Assembly (NCBI GenBank): GCA_002707835.1
Contig: PANZ01000010.1
Coordinates: forward strand, 31,526-95,525
DNA length: 64,000 bases
Reading direction: 5' to 3'
Source: Chloroflexota bacterium
GTDB taxonomy: Bacteria; Chloroflexota; Dehalococcoidia; UBA2979
Shown here piece after piece: positions 47,224-56,370 of the stretch. A program made the position numbers and the translations under genes. The notes beneath the pieces were generated by a model. That model did not search any database. It was not told the origin of the DNA and saw only the letters and a program-made list of their open reading frames with translations. Within the stretch, counting starts at the first letter, position 1; each line of letters opens with the position of its first letter.

Positions 47224-48479
47224 TTAGGTTCCTTATATTGTTGGATTATTAAAACTGCATTTTGCCCACCAAAACCAAAAGAGTTCTTAAGAACAGTTTC
47301 AACATTAGCTGAACGTGAAGTTAATGGTACATAGTCAAGATCGCACTTTGGGTCCGGAGTTTCAAGATTTAATGTAGGTGCAATTTGATTTGTTAGGATT
47401 GTTTGTATAGCTGCTATTGTTTCCGTTGCACCGGATCCTCCTAGCATATGACCAGTTTGAGATTTGAGTGCACTAATTGGAATCTTCTTAGCTAAATCTT
47501 TAAAAATAGTCTTAATTGCTTCAGTTTCTGCGATATCACCTGCATTGGTTGCAGTAGCGTGAGCTGATATATAATCTATTTCGTCAACTGTTGTATCAGC
47601 ACTTAAAAGTGCTGATCGCATTGCACGTGCAGCACCTTCTCCACCGTCAGAAGGTGCTACTAAGTAACTAGCGTCAGCGCTAACTCCATATCCAATGAGT
47701 TCAACAAGGGGTGTTGCGCCGCGTGATAGGGCATGGTCAAGTGATTCAAGTACCAGCATTCCTGCACCTTCTGCTGGTACGAAACCATCTCGTTCTTTGT
47801 CAAAAGGTCGTGATGCTGAGTGAGGTTCATCGTTATGCGATGTAGATAACGCGCGCATAGTGGCGAATCCGGCTAACCCCAATTCACATATACCTGCTTC
47901 TGTACCACCAGCGAGCATGACATCAGCTTTATTGTGTCGAATTATTTCAGCTGCCTCTCCGATCGCTTGGGTTCCTGAAGCGCAAGCAGTAACTACAGTA
48001 TTCGTGTATCCAAGGATTCCAAGCTGGATTGATACATTTGCTGCTGCCATATTTGGTAACCATTTTGCAACGTATAGGGGATCTATGCGCATGCCATTCT
48101 TCTCAAAAAGTGTTCGGTTTGCTTGTTCTACCAATGGATAGCCACCACCTCCATTACCACAAACTATTCCCATTCTAGTTCTATCGATCTCTTCTATATT
48201 TAAACTTGCATTTTGAATACTTTGTCGTGCAGTAGCGACAGCGAATTGGGAAAATCGTGCCATTCTCCTAGCAGATTTTTTATCCATATACTCGGTAGGA
48301 TCAAAATCTTTGATTTCACCGGCCACCTTGCATGGGTAGTTACTAGTATCTAAATGTGCGAAGTTGTCAATTCCTGAAATTCCGTTAATAGCTGATAACC
48401 AGAATTCTTCAATTGTATTTCCTATTGGAGTTATAACGCCCATACCTGTAACTACGACGCGTCGATATTGGTCTGACAT
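47220..48479 (-). CDS. fabF: 3-oxoacyl-ACP synthase II (canonical, triad intact)
   Basis: The Cys site is VVTACASGTQAIGEAA, and the two His sites are ISAHATATNAGD and KSQTGHMLGGSGA. Confidence 0.92.
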   Translation of the reverse strand: MSDQYRRVVVTGMGVITPIGNTIEEFWLSAINGISGIDNFAHLDTSNYPCKVAGEIKDFDPTEYMDKKSARRMARFSQFAVATARQSIQNASLNIEEIDRTRMGIVCGNGGGGYPLVEQANRTLFEKNGMRIDPLYVAKWLPNMAAANVSIQLGILGYTNTVVTACASGTQAIGEAAEIIRHNKADVMLAGGTEAGICELGLAGFATMRALSTSHNDEPHSASRPFDKERDGFVPAEGAGMLVLESLDHALSRGATPLVELIGYGVSADASYLVAPSDGGEGAARAMRSALLSADTTVDEIDYISAHATATNAGDIAETEAIKTIFKDLAKKIPISALKSQTGHMLGGSGATETIAAIQTILTNQIAPTLNLETPDPKCDLDYVPLTSRSANVETVLKNSFGFGGQNAVLIIQQYKEPK

Positions 48480-48505
48480 AATTTCAGAAATCCTTCTTGT
48501 ATATG

Positions 48506-49876
48506 TTACCGCAGACCTAGTTCATGATCGCCATCAATATCTAAGATTAATTCTCTTGCCTCAGCAGCAGCATACATGCTTCCTGTCACAATTATAGTTC
48601 CTGATGATTTTGTCATTTTATATGCATAATCAATTGCAGTTTTCATATCATCGGCTGTCTGCGTAATATGGCCCATTTTAGCTATTGAATTAGAAAGTTT
48701 GATGTTATTTATTGCCCGTTCTATACGTAAGTTGGGCAATACTACATGACTATGATCAGGCAATAACTTTAATAGTATATCTAGCCAATTTTTGTCTTGG
48801 AGCATAGCTAAAATATAGATATGTGGTTGAGAAAAAATTTGCTCATCGATAGATTCCTTTAGTCTTTGAGCAGCAAGTTGTGTATGTGCACCGTCTAGGA
48901 TGATGGTAGGATTTTCACTTATTATTTCACCTCTTCCTGGAAGTTCTATTTTTGAAAATGCTCTTAAAACTGTCGAAGGTTGTAGAGTTTTCTTATTGCT
49001 AGAAAGTGCTAGCTCTGTGGCACGTATTGCAGTTATCGCATTTTCGACTTGGTGTCGACCAAGGGTTGGTAACGAAATATTTTTATAAATATTATTTGGG
49101 GTTTGTATATCAAATTGGACTGATTTCTTACTTAAATTGTCGATTATGTAATCACATTCTTTAGTTGTTTCATGTACCTTTGCATTTACTTTTTTTGAGG
49201 CAGAGTAAATTTGTTCGAGTGCATCAGCATGTTGAGGTGATGTAACTACTTCACAATCAGAAACAATTATGCCAGATTTTTCTTTAGCAATTTCGGGTAT
49301 TGTTTTTCCCAAGATTGCGGTGTGTTCTAAGTCTATTGGTGTTATTACTGCAACTGCTTTATGTAAGTTTGCATTCGTAGGATCGAGTCTTCCTCCTAAG
49401 CCTACTTCTAATATTTGCCATAAACTTTTTTCTTGCGATGCTGCAATCCAGGCCATAATTGTTATTAATTCAAAGTAAGAAGCATCAGAGGAAATTTCTG
49501 AATTTAATACGATTTGTGCAATGTCGGTAAATTTTTTTTCTGATAATGGGATTCCATTAATTTGAATCCTCTCTCTTGTTGAGTGAAGGTCTGGTGATGT
49601 TGTAAGCATGGTTTTAGCATTTGGCTCATCGATGATTAAGGATTCTCTAATTAAGGCCTCCACCATTATGGCGGTGGATCCTTTACCTTTTGAGCCTGCG
49701 ATATGAACAGTATTTCGTTCTTGTGGATTACCTATTTCTGAAAGGTATTGACGAATAATAGGGAGTCTATTCGATTTGGCAGAATAGTTCCGGGAACGTT
49801 TTTTTTCGTTTTTAAGTAAATTTTGTATTGATGAAATGTATAGTTTGCTGACATTAAGTTCTTTTTGGTATTGCAT
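48506..49876 (-). CDS. folC: Mur-ligase-family folylpolyglutamate synthase / dihydrofolate synthase
   Basis: The P-loop reads HIAGSKGKGST, and the Mur ligase middle and C-terminal domains are present. Confidence 0.6.
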   Translation of the reverse strand: MQYQKELNVSKLYISSIQNLLKNEKKRSRNYSAKSNRLPIIRQYLSEIGNPQERNTVHIAGSKGKGSTAIMVEALIRESLIIDEPNAKTMLTTSPDLHSTRERIQINGIPLSEKKFTDIAQIVLNSEISSDASYFELITIMAWIAASQEKSLWQILEVGLGGRLDPTNANLHKAVAVITPIDLEHTAILGKTIPEIAKEKSGIIVSDCEVVTSPQHADALEQIYSASKKVNAKVHETTKECDYIIDNLSKKSVQFDIQTPNNIYKNISLPTLGRHQVENAITAIRATELALSSNKKTLQPSTVLRAFSKIELPGRGEIISENPTIILDGAHTQLAAQRLKESIDEQIFSQPHIYILAMLQDKNWLDILLKLLPDHSHVVLPNLRIERAINNIKLSNSIAKMGHITQTADDMKTAIDYAYKMTKSSGTIIVTGSMYAAAEARELILDIDGDHELGLR

Positions 49877-49928
49877 TTGATGTTTTCACTCATTAATAAA
49901 GACGCAGTATACGTTGGTCTGGTAAGTT

Positions 49929-50645
49929 TTGCTTATGATCAGAACTTATCGTACATCTGCTGGGGGTATCCCACAAAATATAATTAAGTTTCTCAATGAA
50001 TCTTTGACTCAAAAATCGATTGGTGAAGATATAAGGCTTAGTATTGAATTTGGCACGGTGAGTCGTGGTGGATCCTCTCTTTTTTTTCTATTTTTAGATA
50101 CAAATGAATTCGGAATATCTGAAATTCCCGTGATTACTGCTACATACAGGCCTGCGATTTCTTCTGGGAGTAATTCAGTGGAAGTATTGAATTACAATAG
50201 AAGAATTATATTTCCTTTGGAGCGTATTGTTGAAATTCCAGAAGCCATTGAAATTGAAATTTTTCGTAAAGTTGCTTCACTAGTTTCTCCAGGTGGAAAA
50301 TTGATAGTTGAATATGATTCAGTTGACCATCGATTAACTGCTGAGGCATTAAGTTCAGGTGTTCCTTCAGCAGCAACTCCTTTAGGTGGAATGATGTTAG
50401 CGATTGGTTGTGGGGTGCAGTTTATTAATCACGATCTTTCGGGAGGAGGTCGTGCAGGCAGGAGAAAACTTATTGGATTACGTGGGAAAAATAATCAAAA
50501 TGATCGGGCATTATCACTTAGTATGATTAATGAATTAGAGAACTTTTTAACTTGGTCAAAAGAATTAGATTGGCTTATTCAATCCAAAACCAGACCTATT
50601 GCAATAGCAACTATTACTATGCTTAAAGAAAAGTTCAATTTATGA
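49929..50645 (+). CDS. Hypothetical protein
   Basis: The ORF is 238 codons with coherent coding character but no recognised motif. Confidence 0.35.
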   Translation: MLMIRTYRTSAGGIPQNIIKFLNESLTQKSIGEDIRLSIEFGTVSRGGSSLFFLFLDTNEFGISEIPVITATYRPAISSGSNSVEVLNYNRRIIFPLERIVEIPEAIEIEIFRKVASLVSPGGKLIVEYDSVDHRLTAEALSSGVPSAATPLGGMMLAIGCGVQFINHDLSGGGRAGRRKLIGLRGKNNQNDRALSLSMINELENFLTWSKELDWLIQSKTRPIAIATITMLKEKFNL

Positions 50646-50690
50646 ATACATTTTTTATAAGATAGATCTATAAAAATAGGAAAAGAATAG

Positions 50691-51656
50691 ATGCCACTAA
50701 CAATTAATGGAATAAGTTCGCCAGTACAAGGAGTAGATGACGCTTCTTTAAGGCCAGTTTTAGAAGCTATAGTTGATGCTGCTAAATTGATTTCCAATAA
50801 TGTCCAAAATGGCATGCTTATTGAACGCCCAGATCCAGAAGGTGTGCGAAATATTCATGGTGAATTAGTCCATACTTTGGATACTTTAGGAACGAATGCA
50901 TTTGTTGAAGTATTTAAGAATAGCGGAGTTGTAGCAGGTTTGGTGTGTGAAGAATTAGAAGTGGAAACATTTTTCGATGTGAAAAATATATCGGGATCTT
51001 ATTTTTGTGTTTTAGATCCTATTGATGGTACATCGAATGCAGATATTGCGATCACTATTGGTTCAATTTTTGGTATTTTTAAGGGAACTAATGGTAGTGG
51101 TGTATTAGATTCCACCCAATTTTTGCGTCCAGCAAAAGACTTTGTTGCTGCAGGATATGTTTTGTACGGTTCAAGTACTTTGTTAATATTAGCAACACCA
51201 CTTCGAGTTCAAGAATTTACACTTGATATCGACACGATGAAATTTGTTTGTACTCGAAGCTCTATTACTATCCCTGAGGAATGTCCTTATTACAGTGTTA
51301 ATCAGGGATATGAAGATTTATGGGAAGATAATATAAAGACAGCAGTTAACTCAATTAAGAGAGAGCGTTCATTGAGATATGTGGGATCATTGGTTTCAGA
51401 TTTTCATCGCGATCTTATCAGAGGTGGTGTTTATCTGTATCCAGGTGATACGAATAACCCTGAAGGTAAAATCCGTTTGCTTTATGAGGCTGCTGTAATG
51501 AGTTATATCGCTCATTATGCTGGTGGAGGATCGACAAATGGGTACACATCTATATTTGATTTGCAGCCGACATCGATCCATCAACGAACACCGATTTTTG
51601 TGGGTAATTCGAATGTAATTGAACAAATTGAGTCAATATTAAGAGATACTACTTAA
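50691..51656 (+). CDS. fbp: Fructose-1,6-bisphosphatase class I
   Basis: VLDPIDGTSNADI matches the DPLDGSSN region, and GKIRLLYEAAVMSYIAHYAGG matches GKLRLLYE…AGG. Confidence 0.8.
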   Translation: MPLTINGISSPVQGVDDASLRPVLEAIVDAAKLISNNVQNGMLIERPDPEGVRNIHGELVHTLDTLGTNAFVEVFKNSGVVAGLVCEELEVETFFDVKNISGSYFCVLDPIDGTSNADIAITIGSIFGIFKGTNGSGVLDSTQFLRPAKDFVAAGYVLYGSSTLLILATPLRVQEFTLDIDTMKFVCTRSSITIPEECPYYSVNQGYEDLWEDNIKTAVNSIKRERSLRYVGSLVSDFHRDLIRGGVYLYPGDTNNPEGKIRLLYEAAVMSYIAHYAGGGSTNGYTSIFDLQPTSIHQRTPIFVGNSNVIEQIESILRDTT

Positions 51657-51672
51657 ATTAGAAGAGGAGATT

Positions 51673-52590
51673 TTGATGGGCGATGCTAATCGACTAAGAG
51701 AACCATGTGTACTAGATAAGATGCACCTCGCTTCAGGACAATATTCTAGGTTACATAGAATGATGTATGAATATGGAACAGCGAATGGCACCTTGTTACT
51801 TCTTCCCTACGATCATGGTATTGAACATGGTCCGATAGACTTTTTGGATTATCTACAAGGCGCAGATCCTGAATATCTTTTCCGTCTCGCGGTACAAGGT
51901 AAATTCTCTGGTATTGCAACTCATTTAGGTTTAGCAAGAAGATACTTTTCTGAAGTAGCAGGACAGGTTCCTCTTGTCGTGAAACTGAATGGTAAAACAA
52001 ATATTCCTCCTGACGATCATGCTATTTCTGCCATGACTGGGGATGTTGAATCTGCTGTTCGTTTGGGAGCTGATGCTGTTGGGTACACTTTATATGTTGG
52101 TTCGCCAGAGCAACATCAAGATTTCGAACAATTGCGTGCCGTGAGACGTGAATCGGAACTATTAGGGATTCCCTTAATTGTTTGGGCTTATCCTCGGGGC
52201 AAATATATAGAATCTAAAGGCGGTAGAGATGGTTTGTATGCCGTTGATTATGCAGCGAGATTGGCTCTAGAGTTAGGTGCAGATGTAATTAAGTTGAATA
52301 CACCTAAAAGCCATAATCCAGATGCGAGTACTCCTGCACGATATAAAGAATTGGAGGATGAACGATTTGAGATGACTAAGCGTGTAATTGCTTCTGCACA
52401 AAGGGCTTTAGTAGTTTTTACAGGTGGTAGTTTTCACTCAGATGAAGATTTTCTTGCTGACTTGGATATGGTAATGCGAGCTGGAGCTTCAGGTATAATT
52501 GCTGGGCGCAATATGTTTCAACGTACAGAAGAAAATGCAATAGCAATCACGAAACGTGTTCATGAACTTTTAGGAGAATATTCGCAATGA
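51673..52590 (+). CDS. Class I fructose-bisphosphate aldolase family (DhnA/FbaB archaeal type; could instead be an ADH-synthase-like member)
   Basis: LLLPYDHGIEHGP and the VVKLNGKT…DVIKLN Lys regions are typical of the family. Confidence 0.6.
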   Translation: MMGDANRLREPCVLDKMHLASGQYSRLHRMMYEYGTANGTLLLLPYDHGIEHGPIDFLDYLQGADPEYLFRLAVQGKFSGIATHLGLARRYFSEVAGQVPLVVKLNGKTNIPPDDHAISAMTGDVESAVRLGADAVGYTLYVGSPEQHQDFEQLRAVRRESELLGIPLIVWAYPRGKYIESKGGRDGLYAVDYAARLALELGADVIKLNTPKSHNPDASTPARYKELEDERFEMTKRVIASAQRALVVFTGGSFHSDEDFLADLDMVMRAGASGIIAGRNMFQRTEENAIAITKRVHELLGEYSQ

Positions 52591-52630
52591 TTTCTAGCTA
52601 TTTTATGGTCTTTTTCTTTGGCTCACTCCA

Positions 52631-53731
52631 ATTCGATTAACTCTCACTTCTATCGCATCCCCTGTTGGTGGGCTCGTAAGTCCTGGAGTATCACACTCTG
52701 AGATTGCTAATGTTGCAGAGTCAGCAGTATCTGAGATTGTCTTAGCTGCTCCAGTAATTGATCTCAAAGCTTATTTGGTAGGTGGTTCTATATATATCTT
52801 GATTACCCATACGGCAGGTGAGAAGGATAAACAGATATTTTCAATTGCTAGAGATATTGTTGAAGATTGTCAAAATGTTGCAAAGAAATTAAAACTATAT
52901 GTTCACCATGAAAATATAGGAATAAATTTGCCAGAGGATAATTTGAATGTTGCTGGTTTTTCTATAGCAGAAATAACATTTGAAGAACGAATAAAAGAAT
53001 CACTTATTTGTCTAATCGGATCTGGTATGGGACTTGGGGGATTTAATCTTCCATTATTTAAGACTTTTGCTGATCCATTTAATACCGCAGGTTTAATTTT
53101 CTCCGATATGTTGCATGAAGGGACTGCATTTGAGGTGCAAGATACAATTGAGCACCGTAAAGCTGTTTTTGCCAATCCGAGTGAATCATATGATTTACTT
53201 GCTTACATTGGCATGACAGATAGATTTGTTGTACATCGTGTGATTACTCGTGTCGATGGTAAAATTGTTGCAGTCGCTTCGACAGATAGATTGAGTGATG
53301 TTAATGGATTAAATTCAGGGAATGATACTCCGGTAGCAATTGTTCGTTGTGAGGGATCATTACCCACAATCGGTGAAGTTACCGAACCATATGCTGTGCC
53401 TGCTTTGGTAGTAGGTTCAAATAGAGGTTCACATTTGGGGCCATGGATGCCTGTTAGTGTTACAGATTTATCTATTGGCAGATTTGATGGCCCACCTAAA
53501 ATTGCTGCCCTTGGTTTTAATCTTGCAGACGGGTATTTGGGGTTGGAAAAGGATATTTTTGCTGATAATTCATTCGATCGCGCTAGAGAACAAGCTAACT
53601 TGCTGACAGATATTTTACGTAAACAAGGCCCGTTTGAACCATACAGAGTGAATCTCGATTCTTCGGAAATTCAACAATTACCTGGATTTGCAGCTCAAAC
53701 TGAATCTCGTTGGGTTTCGATTGGAGAATAA
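52631..53731 (+). CDS. Fructose-1,6-bisphosphate aldolase/phosphatase (FBPase class V, PF01950)-like protein; no canonical start codon, and substitutions at recalled catalytic positions
   Basis: The track ORF (TTG at 52775) begins in the middle of a conserved block (…YILITHTAGE; NLPLFKTFADPFNT; NRGSHLGPWMPV; RFDGPPK). The same frame is open back to 52598 and encodes IRLTLTSIASPVGGLVSPGVSHSEI…, which aligns to the family N-terminus (MKxTxSVIKADxGS…HH…). There is no in-frame ATG/GTG/TTG before 52775. Confidence 0.5.
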   Translation: MRLTLTSIASPVGGLVSPGVSHSEIANVAESAVSEIVLAAPVIDLKAYLVGGSIYILITHTAGEKDKQIFSIARDIVEDCQNVAKKLKLYVHHENIGINLPEDNLNVAGFSIAEITFEERIKESLICLIGSGMGLGGFNLPLFKTFADPFNTAGLIFSDMLHEGTAFEVQDTIEHRKAVFANPSESYDLLAYIGMTDRFVVHRVITRVDGKIVAVASTDRLSDVNGLNSGNDTPVAIVRCEGSLPTIGEVTEPYAVPALVVGSNRGSHLGPWMPVSVTDLSIGRFDGPPKIAALGFNLADGYLGLEKDIFADNSFDRAREQANLLTDILRKQGPFEPYRVNLDSSEIQQLPGFAAQTESRWVSIGE

Positions 53732-54334
53732 ATGTCTCAATCTAAATTAGTAGTTGCAACATCAAATCAGGGAAAGCTGAAGGAGATTCGTACATTACTT
53801 GAAGATACTAATTGGCTGGTATTGGGATTGTCTGATTTTAATTTACAAGACACTGCTATTATTGAGACTGGTAATTCATATCTAGAGAATGCACTAGCTA
53901 AAGCCAATAATATTGCCAAGCTGACAGGGATAATTACATTGGCTGATGACTCTGGTTTGGAAGTAAATGCTTTGGGAGGCAAGCCAGGAGTTGTAACTGC
54001 AAGATTTGGTGGTCCACTTCTAAATGATAATCAACGATGCGATTATTTGTTAAAATTATTGACAGATGTTCCTAAAGAAAAGCGACAAGCATGTTTTCGC
54101 GCTGTCCTTGCGATTAGCATCCCCGGAGGGCTAAATTTTGCTCGTGAAGGTATACTAAATGGATACATCGCACAAAGCTTTCGTGGAGAGAACGGATTTG
54201 GGTACGATCCTATTTTTGAACTTCAAGATGGAAGGACATTAGCTGAGTTGGGATCTGAAAAACAGCAGATTAGTCACCGTTTTCAAGCTATGAGAGCGAT
54301 AAAAAAAGTATTAAGGGAATTTGATCATGGCTAA
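53732..54334 (+). CDS. rdgB: Non-canonical purine NTP pyrophosphatase (RdgB/HAM1)
   Basis: LVVATSNQGKLKEI and the FGYDPIF motif are present. Confidence 0.85.
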   Translation: MSQSKLVVATSNQGKLKEIRTLLEDTNWLVLGLSDFNLQDTAIIETGNSYLENALAKANNIAKLTGIITLADDSGLEVNALGGKPGVVTARFGGPLLNDNQRCDYLLKLLTDVPKEKRQACFRAVLAISIPGGLNFAREGILNGYIAQSFRGENGFGYDPIFELQDGRTLAELGSEKQQISHRFQAMRAIKKVLREFDHG

Positions 54335-55370
54335 GCCTCACGATCACGATTATGACGATAACTTTATTGATTCCTTAGGTAGGCCATTAAGAGATTTAAG
54401 AATTTCGGTGACTGATCGATGTAATTTTCGATGTCAGTACTGTATGCCTAAAGAAATTTTCGGACCAGAATTCGAATTTTTACCTCGCGAAGACATCATG
54501 AGTTTTGAAGAAATTACTCGGATAGCAACATTGTCCGCTAGCTTAGGTGTTACAAAATTTAGACTTACAGGAGGTGAACCACTGTTGCGTGCAGATTTAC
54601 ATAAACTTGTGAGCAAGCTCCATGAGATTCCTAATGTTGAGATTGCTCTGACTACCAATGGCACTTTACTAAAAAATTACGCTCAATTATTGTCTGAGTC
54701 TGGATTAAACAGAGTAACAGTCAGTCTTGACTCATTGGATGATCAAACGTTTCGTCAAATGAATGATGTTAGCTTTCCTGTTAAGGCCGTTTTAGAAGGG
54801 ATTGAAACGGCAGGTCACTTTGGTTTGGGGCCAATTAAGATTAATGCCGTCGTGCGTAAAGGCGTTAATGACCATACTCTTCTAGATTTAGCTGCATATT
54901 TTCGTGGAACTTCTCATATTGTTAGATTTATCGAGTATATGGATGTTGGTAACTCTAATGGATGGGTTATGGATGAGGTAATTCCTTCCAGTCGAATACT
55001 TTCACTAATAGGAAAGATTTATCCTCTGGAGGAACTTCCTTCTAATTATAGTGGTGAAGTAGCAAGTAGATATCGATATAAAGATGGTGCGGGGGAAATA
55101 GGATTAATTAGTTCAATTACAGCTCCCTTTTGTGGAAATTGTACGCGTGCACGTTTATCAGCAGATGGGAAGTTTTTTACCTGTCTTTTTGCTAGCAGTG
55201 GCACAGATATATTGAAGGAAATTCGCTCTGGTGCTACCGATAAACATTTGATTGAAATGTTAAAATCTATTTGGTTACGTAGAGATGATCAATATTCTGA
55301 ACTTAGGACCAAATACATGCGATTATCCCCTGAAGAGAAAAAGATTGAGATGTCTTATATTGGTGGATAG
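54321..55370 (+). CDS. moaA: GTP 3',8-cyclase (molybdenum cofactor biosynthesis A)
   Basis: The radical SAM cluster is CNFRCQYC, and the C-terminal auxiliary cluster is CGNCTRARL. It overlaps rdgB by 14 bp. Confidence 0.92.
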   Translation: MIMAKPHDHDYDDNFIDSLGRPLRDLRISVTDRCNFRCQYCMPKEIFGPEFEFLPREDIMSFEEITRIATLSASLGVTKFRLTGGEPLLRADLHKLVSKLHEIPNVEIALTTNGTLLKNYAQLLSESGLNRVTVSLDSLDDQTFRQMNDVSFPVKAVLEGIETAGHFGLGPIKINAVVRKGVNDHTLLDLAAYFRGTSHIVRFIEYMDVGNSNGWVMDEVIPSSRILSLIGKIYPLEELPSNYSGEVASRYRYKDGAGEIGLISSITAPFCGNCTRARLSADGKFFTCLFASSGTDILKEIRSGATDKHLIEMLKSIWLRRDDQYSELRTKYMRLSPEEKKIEMSYIGG

Positions 55371-55390
55371 TAACCCAAGGAACAGACTTT

Positions 55391-55855
55391 ATGTTTTCAC
55401 ATATTGATGATCAAGGTAATGCTCAAATGGTAGATATATCAGATAAAGACATTACGGTGCGTATCGCAACTGCCGAAGCGAAAATAGAAATGGCGAGTAC
55501 AACTTTAGAAGAAATTATCAACGGCGCTATACCTAAAGGAAATGTTCTTAATACTGCTAAAATTGCTGGAATTATATCAGCAAAAAAAACGCATGAATTG
55601 ATTCCATTATGTCATCAAATATTACTTTCAGGGATTGACATAGGCTTTTATCCTGATCAAAAAAATGCTGTTTTAGTAATTAATTCTACAGTTAAGACGA
55701 CTTATTCTACGGGAGTAGAGATGGAAGCATTAACAGCAGTGAGTGTTGCAGCTTTAACGATTTATGATATGTGTAAGGCAGTGGATAAAAACATGAAAAT
55801 TACAAACATTCATTTGGTTTCTAAAACTGGTGGGCAATCAAGTAATACGGAATAG
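55391..55855 (+). CDS. moaC: Cyclic pyranopterin monophosphate synthase
   Basis: FSHIDDQGNAQMVDIS and IPLCHQI are present. Confidence 0.9.
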   Translation: MFSHIDDQGNAQMVDISDKDITVRIATAEAKIEMASTTLEEIINGAIPKGNVLNTAKIAGIISAKKTHELIPLCHQILLSGIDIGFYPDQKNAVLVINSTVKTTYSTGVEMEALTAVSVAALTIYDMCKAVDKNMKITNIHLVSKTGGQSSNTE

Positions 55856-55868
55856 AATTTATGAATTT

Positions 55869-56249
55869 TTACTTATTATCATTATCTAAGTAATTAATTA
55901 CTGCTTCGATGGCTGCATGTAAATAAGGTATAATTTCCATCGCATCACCTTCAAGTGGTCTTAATTCTTCATTGCGAGTTTCAGTGGGTGCACCATCTCT
56001 AGCTAAAGCCTCATCATCAAAATTTAAGATTAGCTCATATAAGCTGCCTTTTTCTCCTACAAGGATACAGCCTAAATCGCTACTTTTAGGTGGCTCTACC
56101 TCTATACCATAAGTAAACATTGCTCCAGGGAATGGGGGTAATTGTTCAATTTCTGAAGCTAACTTTATTAGAAGTTCCTTTAATTCACTTGCAGTCTTAT
56201 CTACGATAGCATTGGCGAAAGCTAGTTGTTCGAAATGAGAGTTAAACAT
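55869..56249 (-). CDS. Hypothetical protein
   Basis: The ORF is 126 codons, divergent from the next gene, with no recognised motif. Confidence 0.35.
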   Translation of the reverse strand: MFNSHFEQLAFANAIVDKTASELKELLIKLASEIEQLPPFPGAMFTYGIEVEPPKSSDLGCILVGEKGSLYELILNFDDEALARDGAPTETRNEELRPLEGDAMEIIPYLHAAIEAVINYLDNDNK

Positions 56250-56370
56250 TAGCGCTCCTTGTGCAGTAATATGTATAAAAGTAGTACGAGCTGGATCATG
56301 CTAATTGTAATCTTATAATTCTAAATAATCAGTGTTAGCAGGTAAATTACTTCTACATTTACGAGGTTTT

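Noticed and set aside
52775-52777. TTG at 52775 as the start of the FBPA/P-like gene.
   Set aside because: It falls inside a conserved block. Homologous sequence continues in-frame for about 50 codons upstream, so the TTG is an ORF-finder artefact, although no canonical alternative exists.
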